Source of the DNA: Octopus sinensis
Lineage: Eukaryota
Direction: 5' to 3'
Assembly (NCBI RefSeq): GCF_006345805.1
Contig: NC_042999.1
Coordinates: 78,368,001-78,432,000 of the forward strand
Length of the DNA stretch: 64,000 nt
This document shows, in pieces, positions 14,531 through 29,006 of the stretch (position 1 is the stretch's first letter; every line of letters begins with the position of its first letter). A program made the position numbers and the translations under genes. The notes under the pieces are model-generated. The model was not told the origin of the DNA, ran no database searches, and saw nothing but the letters and a program-made list of their open reading frames with translations.

Positions 14531-15177
14531 GAGAAAGAAAAAAAAAAGTAAGTGTCACCATCATGCAAGTAGTGTCCTTTATTTCAAGCATCCATGACAA
14601 CATGTCTAACTGAAGAAGTATTGGCAACAGGAAAGGCAGTCAGCTGTAGGAAATTTGTCTCAATAAATTTTGTTTGCACCATGTAAGCATGGAAAAGTGG
14701 ATGTTAAACCGATGATGATGATAATGATTAAATGGGGAGGAGCCTTATACTTCTCAGAAGCAAGGAACAACAATGAAAACTTTTCTGGGTGGTGGAGTAG
14801 GTATATTATTAATAGAGATAAAATAATTAAGGTAATCAGAGTGTGCGATAAAATAATTATGTTCAGGCCAGCTATAGACAACACAAAGGTAACCTTTATC
14901 TTTGCACGTGTGCTACAATCAGAGAGTGTTCATAAAGAGAAGAATCACTTCTATGAAACCTTCCTGTAGATCATCATGAATGACAGAGACCTTAGCATCA
15001 TGGTCGCATTAGCATAGCTAGAGTGTGTGCCACCTGAGACGGCCCTTCTGCTTGCCACCCCTGGACCCCACAGAAAACCACATATTACCTGTAGCAGACC
15101 CAAAAGTACTGCCCCTTTAAAAGTGCCACAGGGGCAGACTGCTCCCTTCCAGCTACACTAGTGCATGGTTGGTAATT

Positions 15178-15403
15178 TTAACCTCTTAGCATTTAAACCA
15201 GTCATATCCAGCCCAAATATACACCTGTTTCATGTTCTAACCAGCTAGATCCAGCCAATCACACCTACCCTTCAATGCTACTACAAAATATACAATCTCA
15301 TCATCAAAATTTCGAAGCAACAAAATAATGCTTGATTAATTAAAAACAATGTGAATGAAAAGGTATTACATTTGACAGAATAATCTGAATGCTAAAGGGT
15401 TAT
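15178..15403. mobile_element. Short TIR element with TTAA-like ends (piggyBac-like MITE)
   Basis: Left ttaacctcttagcatt, right aatgctaaagggttat; imperfect inverted ends. Confidence 0.6.
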
Positions 15404-15929
15404 ATAGGCATCTTGGGCAACATCATAATGGTTTCACTAGTGTATATGATGGCTATGGACATAGTACCCAAAAAATGAGGAGGGATCAAGCCTACAGGGA
15501 TTTTAATGATGCAAATGACCTAACCATTAGCAAAACTAACTTCAGAAAACTGTGTAGCCACTTGATTGCATACCAATCAATTGAACATACATGCTGTTTT
15601 AACATCCACTTTTCCATGTCTGCATGTATCAGACAGAATTTAAGACAAATTTTTCACAGCTGGATGCCCTTCATGTCACCAATTTGCTTCCAAGCAGGGT
15701 AATATTTCCCCGAGGTCAAACATGCTTTTGAAAATACTGGAAATGAATGACAAGCTTCTTTCAGTTTCTGTTTACTAAATCCATTCACAAAGCTTTAATT
15801 GGCCTAGGGTTATTGCAGAAGATATTCACCCAAGCTGTCATACTGTGGGACTGAGTCCAAAACTATGTGTTGAAAAAGCAAACGTCTCAGTCACACATAA
15901 GTATATACATGCAATTTAGAATGTTAAAG

Positions 15930-16400
15930 GACTCAAGACTTGTCAAACCAAGTGAAATAGAATTTGTGACTGTTGCCAGTGTCATGTAAATAGCACCTGT
16001 GAAATCGTGATCGTAGCCACTGGCAGTAGCATGATCTTTGAATGTTGGGCCTCAAGGAGGCGAGGGATGGTTTGGTGAAGCACAGTCTTCGAATGTTTGG
16101 TCTCACAGAGGTGATGACAAGTGATCAAGACCTTTGCTGTGCTTGGGAAGACTTGCCAAACTAAGTGAAATCATAGTTGTGGCTGTTGCCAGTGTCATGT
16201 AAATGGCACCCATACTAGTGGCACATAAAAAGCACCCATTACACTCTTGGAGTAGTTGGCGTTAGGAAGGGCATCCAGCCATAGAAACCATGTCAAATCA
16301 GACTGGAACATGGTGCAGCTCCCTGGCTTACCAGTTCCAGTAAAACTGTCTAACCCATGCCAGCATGGAAAGCAGATGTTAAATGACAATGATGATGAGT
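15930..16400 (+). mobile_element. RTE 3'UTR copy
   Basis: Same modules as 3790-4200; ends gatgatgag. Confidence 0.8.
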
Positions 16401-17254
16401 GATTGAAATCCTGGCCATGCCCATGATATTTATCAGACAAAGGCAACCTTTTTCAAGAAATGGGCCACATAGACATGGCTCATCATCAGATGGGCCCCAC
16501 TACCAAAACAATTCAAGGTAATTTTTCATTTGCATGCCATTCAGAAAGTTCTGTAGGTCACAGTTCACCCATGATTGATATGTATTATGTCATCATGCCA
16601 GACCCTCAGTGATCACTTCCACTATTAAAAGTGAAAGTGGTTGTAATAGACAAAAGGAAACTGTGAGTGGTTCCTCATGTCCAAACAATAAAGTGAAGCT
16701 GATTCGGGGAGTGGGGGGGGGGGGGGAGAGACAAAGAGTATGGAATCAACTTCATTATTTGACTGGTACTTATGCTGTTGTGACTGACAGTCAATTTAAA
16801 ACTTACTAAATGCAGGCAGGAAGAAAAGCCCTGCAGCATCAAGGATCAATTTACATAACCACTTGAGGGAGTGATGCACTCTCTCATGATCTTTGGACAT
16901 GAAGAAACTTCCATCAAGAGCTCAGAATAACAAGAGGTCAATGAAATAATTCTGTGTGTGTGTGTGCTTGTATACATATGCCCTTGTGAAGGCTTGTAGC
17001 ATGTTCAGTATCTGTATTCATTAGCACACACACACATATATACATATTCATATAAGCAAAGAATCTTCTCAAATTCTAGCCAACTATATACACCAGAGGC
17101 AGCCACCCTGGGCGAAGGAATTGGATTTTAAGTTTTCATTTATCTGAGCACTACTCTGTGGATATCTGCACAACACTTGCTTTGTGTTCTCCAGTACACT
17201 ATGTGTGTGTGTGTGTGTGTGTGTGAGTGTGTGTGTGTATCTTTTGTCATTTTT

Positions 17255-17640
17255 TTAATCTTTTACATGTATCAGTCATTAGACTGTGGCCATGCTGGGG
17301 CACTGCCTTGAAGAACTTTTGGTCAAATGAATCAACCCCAGTACTTTTTTAAAGCCTAGTACTTATTCTATCAATCACTTTTTGCTGAACCACTAAGTTA
17401 CAGGATTGTAAACACACCAAGACCAGTTGTTAAGCAGTTGTGGGGGTCAAGCACAGACAAAAAACACCACACACACACATGGGCTTCTTTCAGTTTCCAT
17501 ATAACAAATCCACTCACAAGGCTTTGGTTGGCCCAAGGCAATAGCAGAAAACACTTGTCCAAAGTACCATGCAGTGGGACTGAACCTGGAACCATATTGC
17601 TGGGAAGCAAACTTCTTACCACACTGCCATGTGCAGGCAT
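17255..17640 (-). mobile_element. SINE family A copy (diverged)
   Basis: Reverse-complement similarity to 19821-20240 with many CpG to TpG/CpA changes. Confidence 0.85.
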
Positions 17641-19296
17641 TACTAGGTGGTTAAGTACTGTTATAAACCCACTTCAAAACATCCAAAATGGAATCTCATT
17701 GAACTGATGGCATTTTTGTATTACTGCAGGAGGAATAAATTTGTAAATGATCAATGTTTGGAATCCGTAATAGCAGATTTTTGGTCAAAATGTGAAAATT
17801 TTGGCAATTTGTTTATTTCTATTTTTTCCTAACCACATATATTGCCCAAAAATATTTTTACTAAAAGATAATTTGAATGTTAAAGAATGAGTTTATTTTG
17901 GCAAGGAAGATACTGCACTGGATTGTGTTTTTCTTTTTCTTTCTCCCAATGGACTTTAAGTATAGAGGAAAGAATTCATAGAAGCTTTGTGGTAATTTAG
18001 AACTACACAGCGTGGGGAAAATTATGCTGATTTATTACATGGAAATTCTGAAACACTGAAAGATTAGTGCTGCATTCAAACATGTACATGCTGATGAGTT
18101 ACAAGAACAGCTGGTGATGGAAGGACTTTGATTGATGTGTATGAGGTGGTTTAAAGATGTATTGTGGAAAGGAATACAGTTTTATAGATAATATAAATGG
18201 AAAAAATTCTTGAGTGATACATAAACTTGCTTAAATACTGTCCACTAACGATGATAATGCCAAAAAGGATCTGACAAAAATCAATCATCTTGTAATTGTA
18301 GCAAAATTCACAAACAAGAAATTTAAGGTAAAAATATTAGAGATGGCATGGTTTTTTTTTTCAAAATCATCATTAACATCTCTTAGCTCTCTCACAATTG
18401 GATCCACAAATTAATGATGCAGAATTATTGACCTAGTGTATAGAACAGGAAAAACAAACTGAACAAGAAATTAATGAAGCAAAGAAAGTGCAATCCATCA
18501 CTGCTAGTTTTTTACAAACCTGAAATTCAAGGAGTGGTCCATACACAAGCATGCATGAATTAGAGAACACCCTCCCAACAAGAAGTGAAATGAGTGATAT
18601 AATTGAGAAGACAGAATTGTTGTAATCAGAAACACCCATCCCATTTGAATGACAAGAAAAAAAATATCTGAACTTTTCCAGTTGATAAATCTAACATGAA
18701 TAAAGGCTGGGTATTTTGCTTGTGCTTTACAGCAATGATGAATTTTAATCACAAGTCAAAACTAAACTAGGGTAAAAAAAGAAAAAGGAAAATGTAAAGA
18801 GGGTCTGAAAAAGTCCATCATCAACAGCTGATCTCTATTTTGAGTTTAAAACGTATGTAACAAGTGTACAAAAATTTTATGTCAATATATTCACTGAACA
18901 AGGTGGCAAGCCAGCAGAATCATTAGCATGCCAGGCAAAATGCTTAGTGACATTTTGTCAGTCTTCATGTACTGAGTTCAAATTCCATTGAGGTCAACTT
19001 TGCCTCTCATCCTTTCAGAGTTGATTAAATAAGTACCAGTTGAGTACTGGGGTTGATGTAATTGACTTAACCCCTCCCCTGAAATTGTTGGCCTTATGCC
19101 AAGATTTGAAATCAATATAATCATTGAACACTGCCACTCCCAAACTAAAAGATTATAGACTTTATTATTTTTAATTAAATATGGGTGGAGAGAGGAAACA
19201 GAATAAGAATAAAAATTAACATTGTATCTTCTGGTGCTTAAAATATACAAAATAATTCTATGATCAACCATTTAGTTAGCAGTTTTATATATATAT

Positions 19297-19590
19297 GTTG
19301 AAGCATGGAATAAATTACGCATGTCAGTCGTCAACTATCAGGACACTATCCTTCTGAAATTCCATGCTTTCTGCAATCTGTCAACACACGATTCCTGACA
19401 TGATTACATATATTTCCATCTCTATGGCTCTTTCACTATGAATTTTGCCATGCTTTATCATATGTACTCTGCATGTAGTTTTGGTTATTGATATTATGTT
19501 CTTTCTTGCCTTACTACTGTTTTGTCACCCGTTTTACCCTTTCCTGATGAGTTATAGGCACTTGAGCATTGTATAGAATAAACTTGTTAC
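19297..19590 (+). mobile_element. CR1-like LINE 3' end, old copy
   Basis: gaagcatggaataaatta...ttccatgct...caacac and gcacttgagcattgtatagaataa align with 62549-62782. Confidence 0.65.
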
Positions 19591-19820
19591 GACATATGTG
19601 AGTGATTGTGCATGTGTTCCTCACACAGTTGCTATGTCATGTGAATGACAAATTTACAGCAATGTGAAATTCCAGTTTGGCATTCAGAAAGGAAAAAGTA
19701 GATACTGGAGCTCAATGCAGTCCTTGGACTCATCGTGGCCTTTCAAACTGTTCATCCAATGCCAACAAGGAACCTGGACATTAAAAGATGATGATGAATG
19801 ATATATATATAAATATATAT

Positions 19821-19986
19821 AGGCGCAGGAGTGGCCGTGTGGTAAGTGGCTTGCTTACTAACCACATGATTCCGGGTTCAGTCCCACTGTGTGGCACCTT
19901 GGGCAAGTGTCTTCTACTATAGCCTCGGGCCGACCAAAGCCTTGTGAGTGGATTTGGTAGACGGAAACTGAAAGAAGCCTGTCGTA

Positions 19987-20020
<34 letters not shown>

Positions 20021-20240
20021 TGCGTGTATGTTTGTGTGTCTGTGTTTGTCGCCCTAGGATTGCTTGACAACCGATGCTGGTATGTTTATGTCCCCGTCAC
20101 TTAGCAGTTCGGTAAAAGAGACTGATAGAATAAGTACTGGGCTTACAAAGAATAAGTCCCGGGGTCGAGTTGCTCGACTAAAGGCGGTGCTCCAGCATGG
20201 CCGCAGTCAAATGACTGAAACAAGTAAAAGAGTAAAGAGT
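19821..20240 (+). mobile_element. Full-length SINE family A (tRNA-derived, CORE-like; possibly the octopus OR2-type family)
   Basis: A-box-like tggccgtgtgg, B-box-like ggttcagtccc, caccttgggcaagtgtcttct core, internal (TA)(TG)n, 3' gtaaaagagtaaagag; family name from memory, unverified. Confidence 0.9.
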
Positions 20241-21594
20241 ATATATATTACTATAGAAAGAGAGAGAGAGAGGCACCTGTGCTGGTAACATGTAAAAGGG
20301 CACCTGTACCAGTGACATGTAAAAGACACTCAATAAACTCTGTAAAGTGGTTGGTATTATAAAGAGTATTCAGCTATAGAAACCAAGCTGAAATAGATGA
20401 CTGGAGACTGGTGCAGCTCTCCAGCTTATCAGCTCAGGTCAAACCCATGCAAGTATGGAAAATGGACATTAAAATGATGATGGTGATATATGTATGTAAG
20501 TATGTATGTGCATGACTTAGTGGTTAGGGTGTTGCTTATGACACTTGTTACCTTTTCAGTTTCTGTGATCTTTTGAAGCTTCTAAGATAGTGTTTCTCTT
20601 CATTTCTTTTGCCTTATTTACAATTTGATTTATGTATATTCAAACAAACCCTTACATCTACATACATGGAAAACTATTAGTAACATCTACTTTTTTCGAG
20701 TACAAGACAAAGTGGGAGTTTGTACATGGTTACTCAAATTCTTAAAAACAGTAGTGAAATATCTGCCAGTCTAATACTTTACTCTTTAAAAGAAAATGAA
20801 GGATATATGGTTTGGAAATAGGAAAGAATGGTCATAGCCGGAATGCTTTGATCATAGGTTTGCTTAGGAATTGTGCTAGGGTTAAACATTACCAGTTATG
20901 AAGGAACAGAACAGAAATTAATCTGGCAGGAAAATTTTCATTAAACTGGAAGACATTAAGCGAACAAATACAATATATTATCACAAGTCACACACACATA
21001 CATGGATTGTTATATACATTCACAGGATCTGTTAAAATATCAAATGTATGTGAACATGTTAGTATATAATTAGTGTTTCAGTAAAATTGAACAAAGAAAA
21101 ACCAAAGCGGATCTACATCTGCTTATGAAAGGTTATTGGTGAAATAAGGACGAAGGTTAGAATAATTAAATCTATTAAGAGAGCATGCGTGTATGTGTCG
21201 TTAGCAGGATTATAAACTGGCTGTAGTGAGATAACAGTAATGGTTTTTAATGCTGGCAGAGGGTGACAAATTGTGGCGGGTGGGAATAGTCAATTAAGTC
21301 GATAATAATGTAACCATTGTCAGATTCGGTAGAGTGTAAGAGAAAATTTCTCGCGATACTTAGTAACGCCTATTTATGTTTTGAATACAAATTCTGTCAG
21401 GGTCAACTTTGCCTTCATCCTTCCGGGGGTGGGGTGGCGGGTGTGTTGATAAATATGCATCAATCTAGTATTGAGGTTAATACAATGAACTATAACCTTC
21501 TCTGTAAATTTGGCCTTGTAACAGTTTCAGAAAGTGAATATTATCAATACATATAATATGCTGCATGTCTTTTTGTATATACATATATATATTT

Positions 21595-22050
21595 TTTTAT
21601 TTGTTTCTGTCATTTGATTGCAGCCATGCTGGAGCAGCACCTTTAGTCGAACAAATCAATCCCAGGACTTATTCTTTGTAAGCCTAGTACTTATTCTATT
21701 GTCCCTTTTGCAGAACTGCTAAGTTGTGGGGATGTAAACACACCAACATCGGTTGTCAAGTGAAGGTAAGGGGGCCAACACAGACACACAAACATACATA
21801 TCATCATCATTTAACGTCTGTTGGACAGTTTGACTGGGCTGGCACACTGGAAGGCTGCACTATATATATATATATATATATATATATGACAGGCTTCTTT
21901 CAGTTTCTGTCTACCAAATCCACTCAGAAGGCTTTGGTCAGCCCGAGGATCTAGTAGAAGACAATTACCCAAGGTGACACGCAGTGGGACTGAACCTGGA
22001 ACCATGTGGTTGGTAAGCAACCTACTTACCACACAGCCACTCCTGCGCCT
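21595..22050 (-). mobile_element. SINE family A copy with a short RTE-tail fragment inside its microsatellite
   Basis: Reverse complement of family A; tcatcatcatttaacgtctg...ctgcac insert at ~21800-21860. Confidence 0.85.
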
Positions 22051-22421
22051 ATACTTTTTTTGTGAGTAACACTTTAGTGTTTGAGGCTGTTGAATTTGTT
22101 TCACTTTATAATACTCATACTTTCTAAATCATTCAACATGAGCTGTAGTCGTTCGGTTTATTTTTTGTATTTATCTCAAAATGCTTAATGAAAATTTTCT
22201 AAATTATCCAATAGTGTTTCTACACTCTTGCTATAACAGCATCTTTACTTAGTTATTCTGTTTGTCTTTTGTACATTCAGCTTCATTCTCTTATCTTTGG
22301 TAGATGGAAACTGAAAGAAGCCCACCATATGTATGTGTTACTCATGTGGGTAGCTAGGATTGTACGTATATTTATGTAATACATATACATTTATATATAT
22401 ATATATGTATATACATATGTA

Positions 22422-22470
<49 letters not shown>

Positions 22471-22479
22471 TGCATCTAT

Positions 22480-23340
22480 CATCATCATCATTTAATGTCT
22501 GCTTTCCATGCTAGCATAGGTTGGATAGTTTGATTGAGGACTGGTAAGCCAGGAGACTGCACCAGGCTCCAATCTGATCCAGCAAGGTTTCTACAGCTGG
22601 ATGCCCTTCCTAACGCCAACCTCTCTGAGTGTAGTGGGTGCTTTATATGTGCCACCAGCACATGGGCCAGTCAGCCAGCACTGGCATCAACTATGCTCAA
22701 ATAGTTCTTTTTACATGCCACTGGTGTGGGAACCAGTCAGGTGGCACTGGTATCGGGCATGACTATGATTTTACTTGACTCAGCAGGTCTTCTCAAGCAC
22801 AGCATATTGTCCGACGATTGAAGGGTACTTTTAAATGGGCAGGCTATGCAACATTGGCATCAGCCATGGCTATGATCTCACTTGACTTGCGAGGTCTTCT
22901 TAATCACAACATCTCCCCAAAGGTCTCGGTTTCTTGTCATTGCTTCTGTGGGGCCCAACGTTCGATGGTTGTGCTTCACCATCTCATCCTATGTCTTCCT
23001 GGGTCTACCTCTTCCACTGTTAGGGTGTGATACTTCTTCACACAGCTGTCCTCATTCATATGCAACACATGACCATGCAACGCAGTGGTCTATCTTGTAC
23101 ACCACATCTGATGCATCTTATGTCCAACTTTTCTCTCAGGGTTCTTACACTGTCGTATGCACACTGGCATTACACATCCAGTGGAGCATACTAGCTTCAT
23201 TTCTTTCAAGCCTACGCATGTCTTTCAGCAGTCACAGCCCATGTTTCACTGCCGTATAGCATGGCTGTTCACACACATGCATCATACAGTGTACCTTTGA
23301 CTCTGTGCGAGAGGCCCTTTATTACCAGCAGAAGTAGGAG
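22480..23340 (-). mobile_element. RTE-clade LINE 3' portion
   Basis: Colinear with 4590-5405; (GAT)n tail at ~22480. Confidence 0.9.
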
Positions 23341-23575
23341 TGTAAGTGGCTGAGCACTCAACAGATACACATACCCTTAATGTAGTTCTCAGGGAGATTC
23401 AGCGTGACGGAATCTGACCGGGCTGGCACTTCAAAATACAGATAGTTCCCATTTTAGCTAGCTGAGTGGACTGGAGCAACGTGAAATAAAGTTTCTTGCT
23501 CAAAGACACGACGTGCCGCTGGCAACCAAACTGACGACCTTACGATTGTGAAATGCCTTTGTCACAAAGCCACGT
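23341..23575 (-). mobile_element. SINE family C (tRNA-like head, CORE-like gtgtccttgagcaag motif)
   Basis: Similar to 42050-42292; related heads at 8490-8640 and 7570-7700. Confidence 0.7.
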
Positions 23576-25794
23576 ATAGAAAGGAATAAACAAGAAGTGA
23601 TTATGTTTTTCACAAGAAGAATTTGTGACATAATAATACCAACAGCCAAGTTTTCTTGACTAGGAGATAAAAAGATAATAATTAACCATGTGGAGAAATA
23701 CGTAAAGTTAAATCCCTTCAGCTATACACTGATACTTATTTTAAGGACATCGAATTGATGAAAGAAAGGCTTGAGTTGGTTCCGGCATGATTTGTAACAA
23801 GAACAATGAGGTACTGATCCTATTAAGCGACGCATCTAGCTCCACCGAAATGACAAGCTGCTCATCCACTCCCATACACACGGAATTGAGCAGGCTACAT
23901 GACTCCTGAAGAAGTCTTCATGCGATCATTTTGCCTGCTAGAAATGACAGAAATAAATCTTGCTCAAATTTATCCTTGCCATCTTAAGAAATGGGAAGGA
24001 CACATTGGCTAATGTAGTCTTAGATACACTATACCCAAAAAAAAAAAAAGACAGGTTGGTCATAACAAGAATGCCTTTGATTATATCAATCAGGGCTGAC
24101 TCGGAATTTTGACAACTTAGTTTTCTTAGCAAGGACGATGAAAGAATTGAAAAAAACCCCCGCAAAACATGAAAGTAAACACGAATTAGGGAACCTTTAC
24201 ATTATCGTAGAGCTTGCTAGAAATAGTAGCCGAATTACTGTCAAATCACACCCGACAATCTTAGAAAAGGACACGTATAATGAGGAAATCGGCTCCAAAC
24301 ACAGGGGGGGGGATGGTCATGGCTGAAAACTTTTGAACATATGATCAAGGTTGAGCTGAGGGTTAAACATTAACCTCAACAACTAGCATTAGTGTCACTG
24401 TGTCAGCAAAAGCCAATATAGTAAAATGAAGAAAGCCAAGTTTTGTGATAGAGAGGAAATAAAAAGTTGACTTCTCTAAGGCGGGCTCTTAAATCATTAA
24501 TATTTCTTTATGTAGCCTATCAATAAACCACACTTCGCAAGAGAACAAAACACAAGCTAGAACCTGATGTAACCGTTGATAAAATTTTATAACTGAAAAT
24601 ATTCTCGTGTGCTGTGGGAAGAGAGTTCTGATGAAGAAGGGCTCAAATCGGAAAGGTCTTTTCTCAGGGCACACATACTGTTCTCATTTTACGAATTCTT
24701 GAGAAAATTGTCGAATTTCAACTTCAAGTTTTAAAGATAACAAAGTAAAGTAGAAAAGAACGGAGGCACACCTATGGTCGGTAATACTTGGAATTATCAA
24801 CAAGGTTAATACAAGACGAAATATTTCCTCTTTCAAATTATTCTTTAGATCTAGGTTAGATCGAGCAAAACTATTCTGTCTTTAGGCACGGCGAAAAGTA
24901 ACTTTTCTTTTCGGTCTTAGAATACGTTGTCTTATTAAAACTAATAAAGCAAAGCCATTGTTTTTTCAAGTCAGAAGAAAGAAAAAAAATCGATTAAATA
25001 TTGTATAATACTGATACTTATTACATCGACCTTGGAACGATAAAAGGCATTGTCGACTCCAGAGAAGATTTCAAGATCTTTTACAGCCCTAATTAATTTC
25101 TTATATTGACATAAGTTCACAAATACACAATCACTTGGAACGGCCCTAGAATATATTTGTTAACTGTTTAATGGATAAAGAGAAAAGACAAACCCCTCGT
25201 GAAATCTGAACAACCATATGCTAACAGTTTGTTAGTAATTAAGGCATAAACTGTCGTTTACAATACATAAGAATTCAAATTTAGAGAGGAGAGAGAAAGA
25301 TGACAGTAAGCCTTTCTCAAATGCCACTAGATCACATGCGAGGGCGTTAGACACCATCTGCTGTCCTGTAATTTCCTTACAATGGCACAGCACCAAACGA
25401 AAGGGCTACACACCCTTAAATAACAACAGCAACAAGTCAGAATATAAAATGAGTTTGTATTGTAAACGAGTTGTTGCTTTTGCGACCTTGAGGCATAAAG
25501 TAATAATGTCCACCTGATATATGAAAGTACCTGAGACTACACACACAAAATCTGTGATGTGTAACAGCGGAAATAATAGTGATTATATCAATCTTTCATC
25601 TATCGCTATTCCATTAAAATATTAACTTCAATAGCTTTCCAGAAACGACAAATTTCTCAAAAAATATATACAAGTGATAAACAGCTACATTGGCGCAATA
25701 CTACAAATATTAAGCGACGATCGACACCAGGTGTTGTTAGCTCCGGGTTTGCTTCGATGAAGCAGATCAAAAACATTAAAACACAAACTAATGT

Positions 25795-25880
25795 GGCAGA
25801 GGTAAAAAAATACGCACACCACCCGTTTTCGGTGTAACCTTAACTCTAAACACCGGGTGTACATATTCTTTACTTTCGCC
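25795..25880. mobile_element. 86-bp miniature TIR element with 9-bp TSD
   Basis: aactaatgt at 25786-25794 and 25881-25889; ends ggcagaggtaaaaaaatacgcacacc / ggtgtacatattctttactttcgcc. Confidence 0.75.
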
Positions 25881-27021
25881 AACTAATGTATTCTTCCTGC
25901 TTTTTTTAGAGGGTTGGATGCAATTTTAGTGGTCCCCTCGCTAGTTTGAATCAACACCAGTGCATGTATCTTACACGTGTGTGTGTGTGTATAAACATCT
26001 GGTATTCATTTTATCGATCCTAGACGAGAAAATGATAGGGTCGACACAGCAGGGTTTAAATGATAAGTCTGCATCAGCGGAATTTGAACTCAGATTGCAG
26101 AGCAGACGAAAATGAAATTGTAGCGATAGCGATATGACAGTATATTGACAGTAGTGTATGAAACTCAGCTTTAATAAAATAACAAGGCAATCTTCAGTGA
26201 AAGTAAAAGTAATTATATCATAAAATATATCGTGTGGGTGGAGAAAAACGCATGATCAAAAACAATTTATATAAAAAAAAGAAGAAAAATTACTCGAAAA
26301 TTACAATCATAATCCAACATTATTTTACTGGTTTTAGACAAACAAGCACCGATTTCTTAATTTTGTATCATTGAGGAAATTAATGATTTCAACTAAGAGA
26401 CCCTTCCCTATTTTGTATGTGCCAATGCTAAAACTCATTATTACTAGACTTATTTGTTTATAATGTTTCAGTTAGAAAACCACCCTTTATTATCCAACTG
26501 CATAGCTAACACACTTCAATATATACCCCATAGGTACTAAACATGTGTGGGACCTATTATTCAATATCCAGAATTTTCTGAAAAAGCAGATACAATGAAA
26601 TCAAAGTGTAATATTCAAAAAGCAAGCCAAACAATTCTTCCGATTATTTAAGTTAGGATTTAAAAAAAAAAAATGTGGTATTTTATGAAGAAATTTCTCA
26701 CACGGTCTCAATCTTTTCAGCTCTGTGAAACTATTGCCGTCTTCTTGTTTCTATGTCTCTAAGTTAGATATCTGAATTCCAAGAATAAAATGAAAAAATA
26801 TCCCGCAAAAATTAGGTCCTAGACATATTGGGTTAAACGGCCTCAAGAGGTGGTGCCGATAAATGTGTGAACATCCAAATCTACATTCACATATACAAAT
26901 ATATGAACATACATCTGTATAAATACATTACATACACGAGTATTTTTCCATAAGTATATGTATACAGTTATATACACATGTATAAATGAACTGTGTAAAT
27001 ATATATATATATATTATATAT

Positions 27022-27074
<53 letters not shown>

Positions 27075-29006
27075 GTATGTATATACACACACAGAGTTCA
27101 TTTATACATGTGGGTGTGTATATGTAAACATACATAAACATAATTGTATATAAAGAATTTTTACACATGCACTTACAGAATACTGAAGAAGACTTATTAT
27201 AATGCTAGAATGGCATGTAATTAGGAAAAGAAAACAAACTATATTCGTTTTCAATAATTACATCCTGTTGATGGCAGGAAGAACGAAAGTAGGGGACAAG
27301 TCCGTTTAATGAGGACGTCAATATTGTTATGAATCATTACTCATGCTGTAGAAAATCTGGCCATCATGATTTAAGAAAAGAGAAGAAAATGTGAAAACGG
27401 GTACAAATGAAATAGAGAAAAATAAAAGAAATCACACACACACAAATAAATAATAGCCGGTAGTAGTTCATTTAAGAACATGGTTAATTGCATGGCATTA
27501 CTAATTAGAACTTTCAGAGATAATTGAAATTATAATTAATCTTAGAATAACAACGTTTTGTGAAATGGATTAAAAAGATTGTCTTCACAAATTATAGTGG
27601 TGAATATATTTGTACGTCGGTATGCATGTGTGTATATTACACACATACAGATAAATACATATATAGACACTTAAATGTACATATAAACATACATATACGT
27701 ATACACACACCTTCCATTACAAGGGTAAATGAAGAAAATTGTAACGGAATCAGATTGTAATCAAATTTTTTATAGTAAAACTATTTTGAAAAATGAAGAG
27801 ACACCAGATGATCGAAGGAATACAATAAAATATATACACAATATAAATATGAGTATATATGAGTAGATCTACCAAGGCTTTTCTCTCTCCCTGTTTAAGG
27901 CATTGCTAATTTGACAATTCTAAGTTGAAGTTAAAGAGTGGATGAAAGTAAGAGCTCGATTTCGGCTATTCAACATCTAAAATTAAATTCTAAAACACGA
28001 TCGAAGCAGCAATGCCTGTAGAAACAATACATAAGTTCTATATAAAACGAAGTACAATATGTAATTTGAAATACACAAACTGAACGGTGAATGTGTTTTG
28101 AAACCATTAACACAGAATGAAAAGTATTACACACTCACATACAAATTTATTACATACGTTTGTGTATTATGAGTTGACCACAATATTGTGTGTGTGTATA
28201 TATATTTGTATACACACACATACATATATGTTCATTCCGACAGGTATATTTTACATAACAATAAAGACTTCAGTTTTGATTTTTAAAAGGAAGATTACAC
28301 AACCATATAAGTATTACTACATTGATTTTGACCGGGACTTCAAGTTTCGCCTAACGGCTTGTTCAACTCACTTTTAATATTGATTCTTCCTACGACTAAA
28401 TGTTTTGTTTTTTTTTTTGTAATATCACCCCACCCATGTTAACATGTGTAATTACACTTTATATAGAGTGTATGGAAGATGGTGAGATTATAAACCTTTT
28501 TTAAAACTAACACACATTCATGTATGTCCACCCCAATTTCTCAAGAAGCACCAGCTCAATAAATAAGATATAAAAAAAAACTTGAAGATCAAACCAGAAT
28601 GAATTCGAAGTTTTTTTTTTTTTAAATGGGAAAGAATGAAAGACAGACAGGACCAAAATTGGTTAATGTTGGTCTTGTTGGAAGAAATTATAAAGAAAAT
28701 AGCCCAAAGAAAAGACTAAGACAATTCGAAAAGCAACACCCAACCTTCCAGGAAACATACTGGACTGTCTCAAGAATTATCAAGATAAACAATTTAAACG
28801 TTTTAGTTATGATGAGAGCTTTAACAAAATCAAGGATCATATTAAAATTGTAGTGAAAATGTTACGACTACAGCTGTAATATTTAGAAACTCAGTTATAA
28901 ACGTATATATATATGTATATGTATGTATATATATAAGTAAACATATCTATCGCTATACACCTCTTTTTCTTCATTTATGTATATATGTATATATCTATAT
29001 AGCTAC

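Noticed and set aside
19540-19600. CTGATGAG as a hammerhead core
   Set aside because: No GAAA or stems; aligns to the CR1-like 3'UTR at ~62745-62782
19821-19895. tRNA gene
   Set aside because: A/B boxes belong to a SINE head; no complete cloverleaf
24620-24666. CTGATGA...GAAAGGTC hammerhead-like string
   Set aside because: Stem II does not form, and stem I has U-U mismatches next to the core
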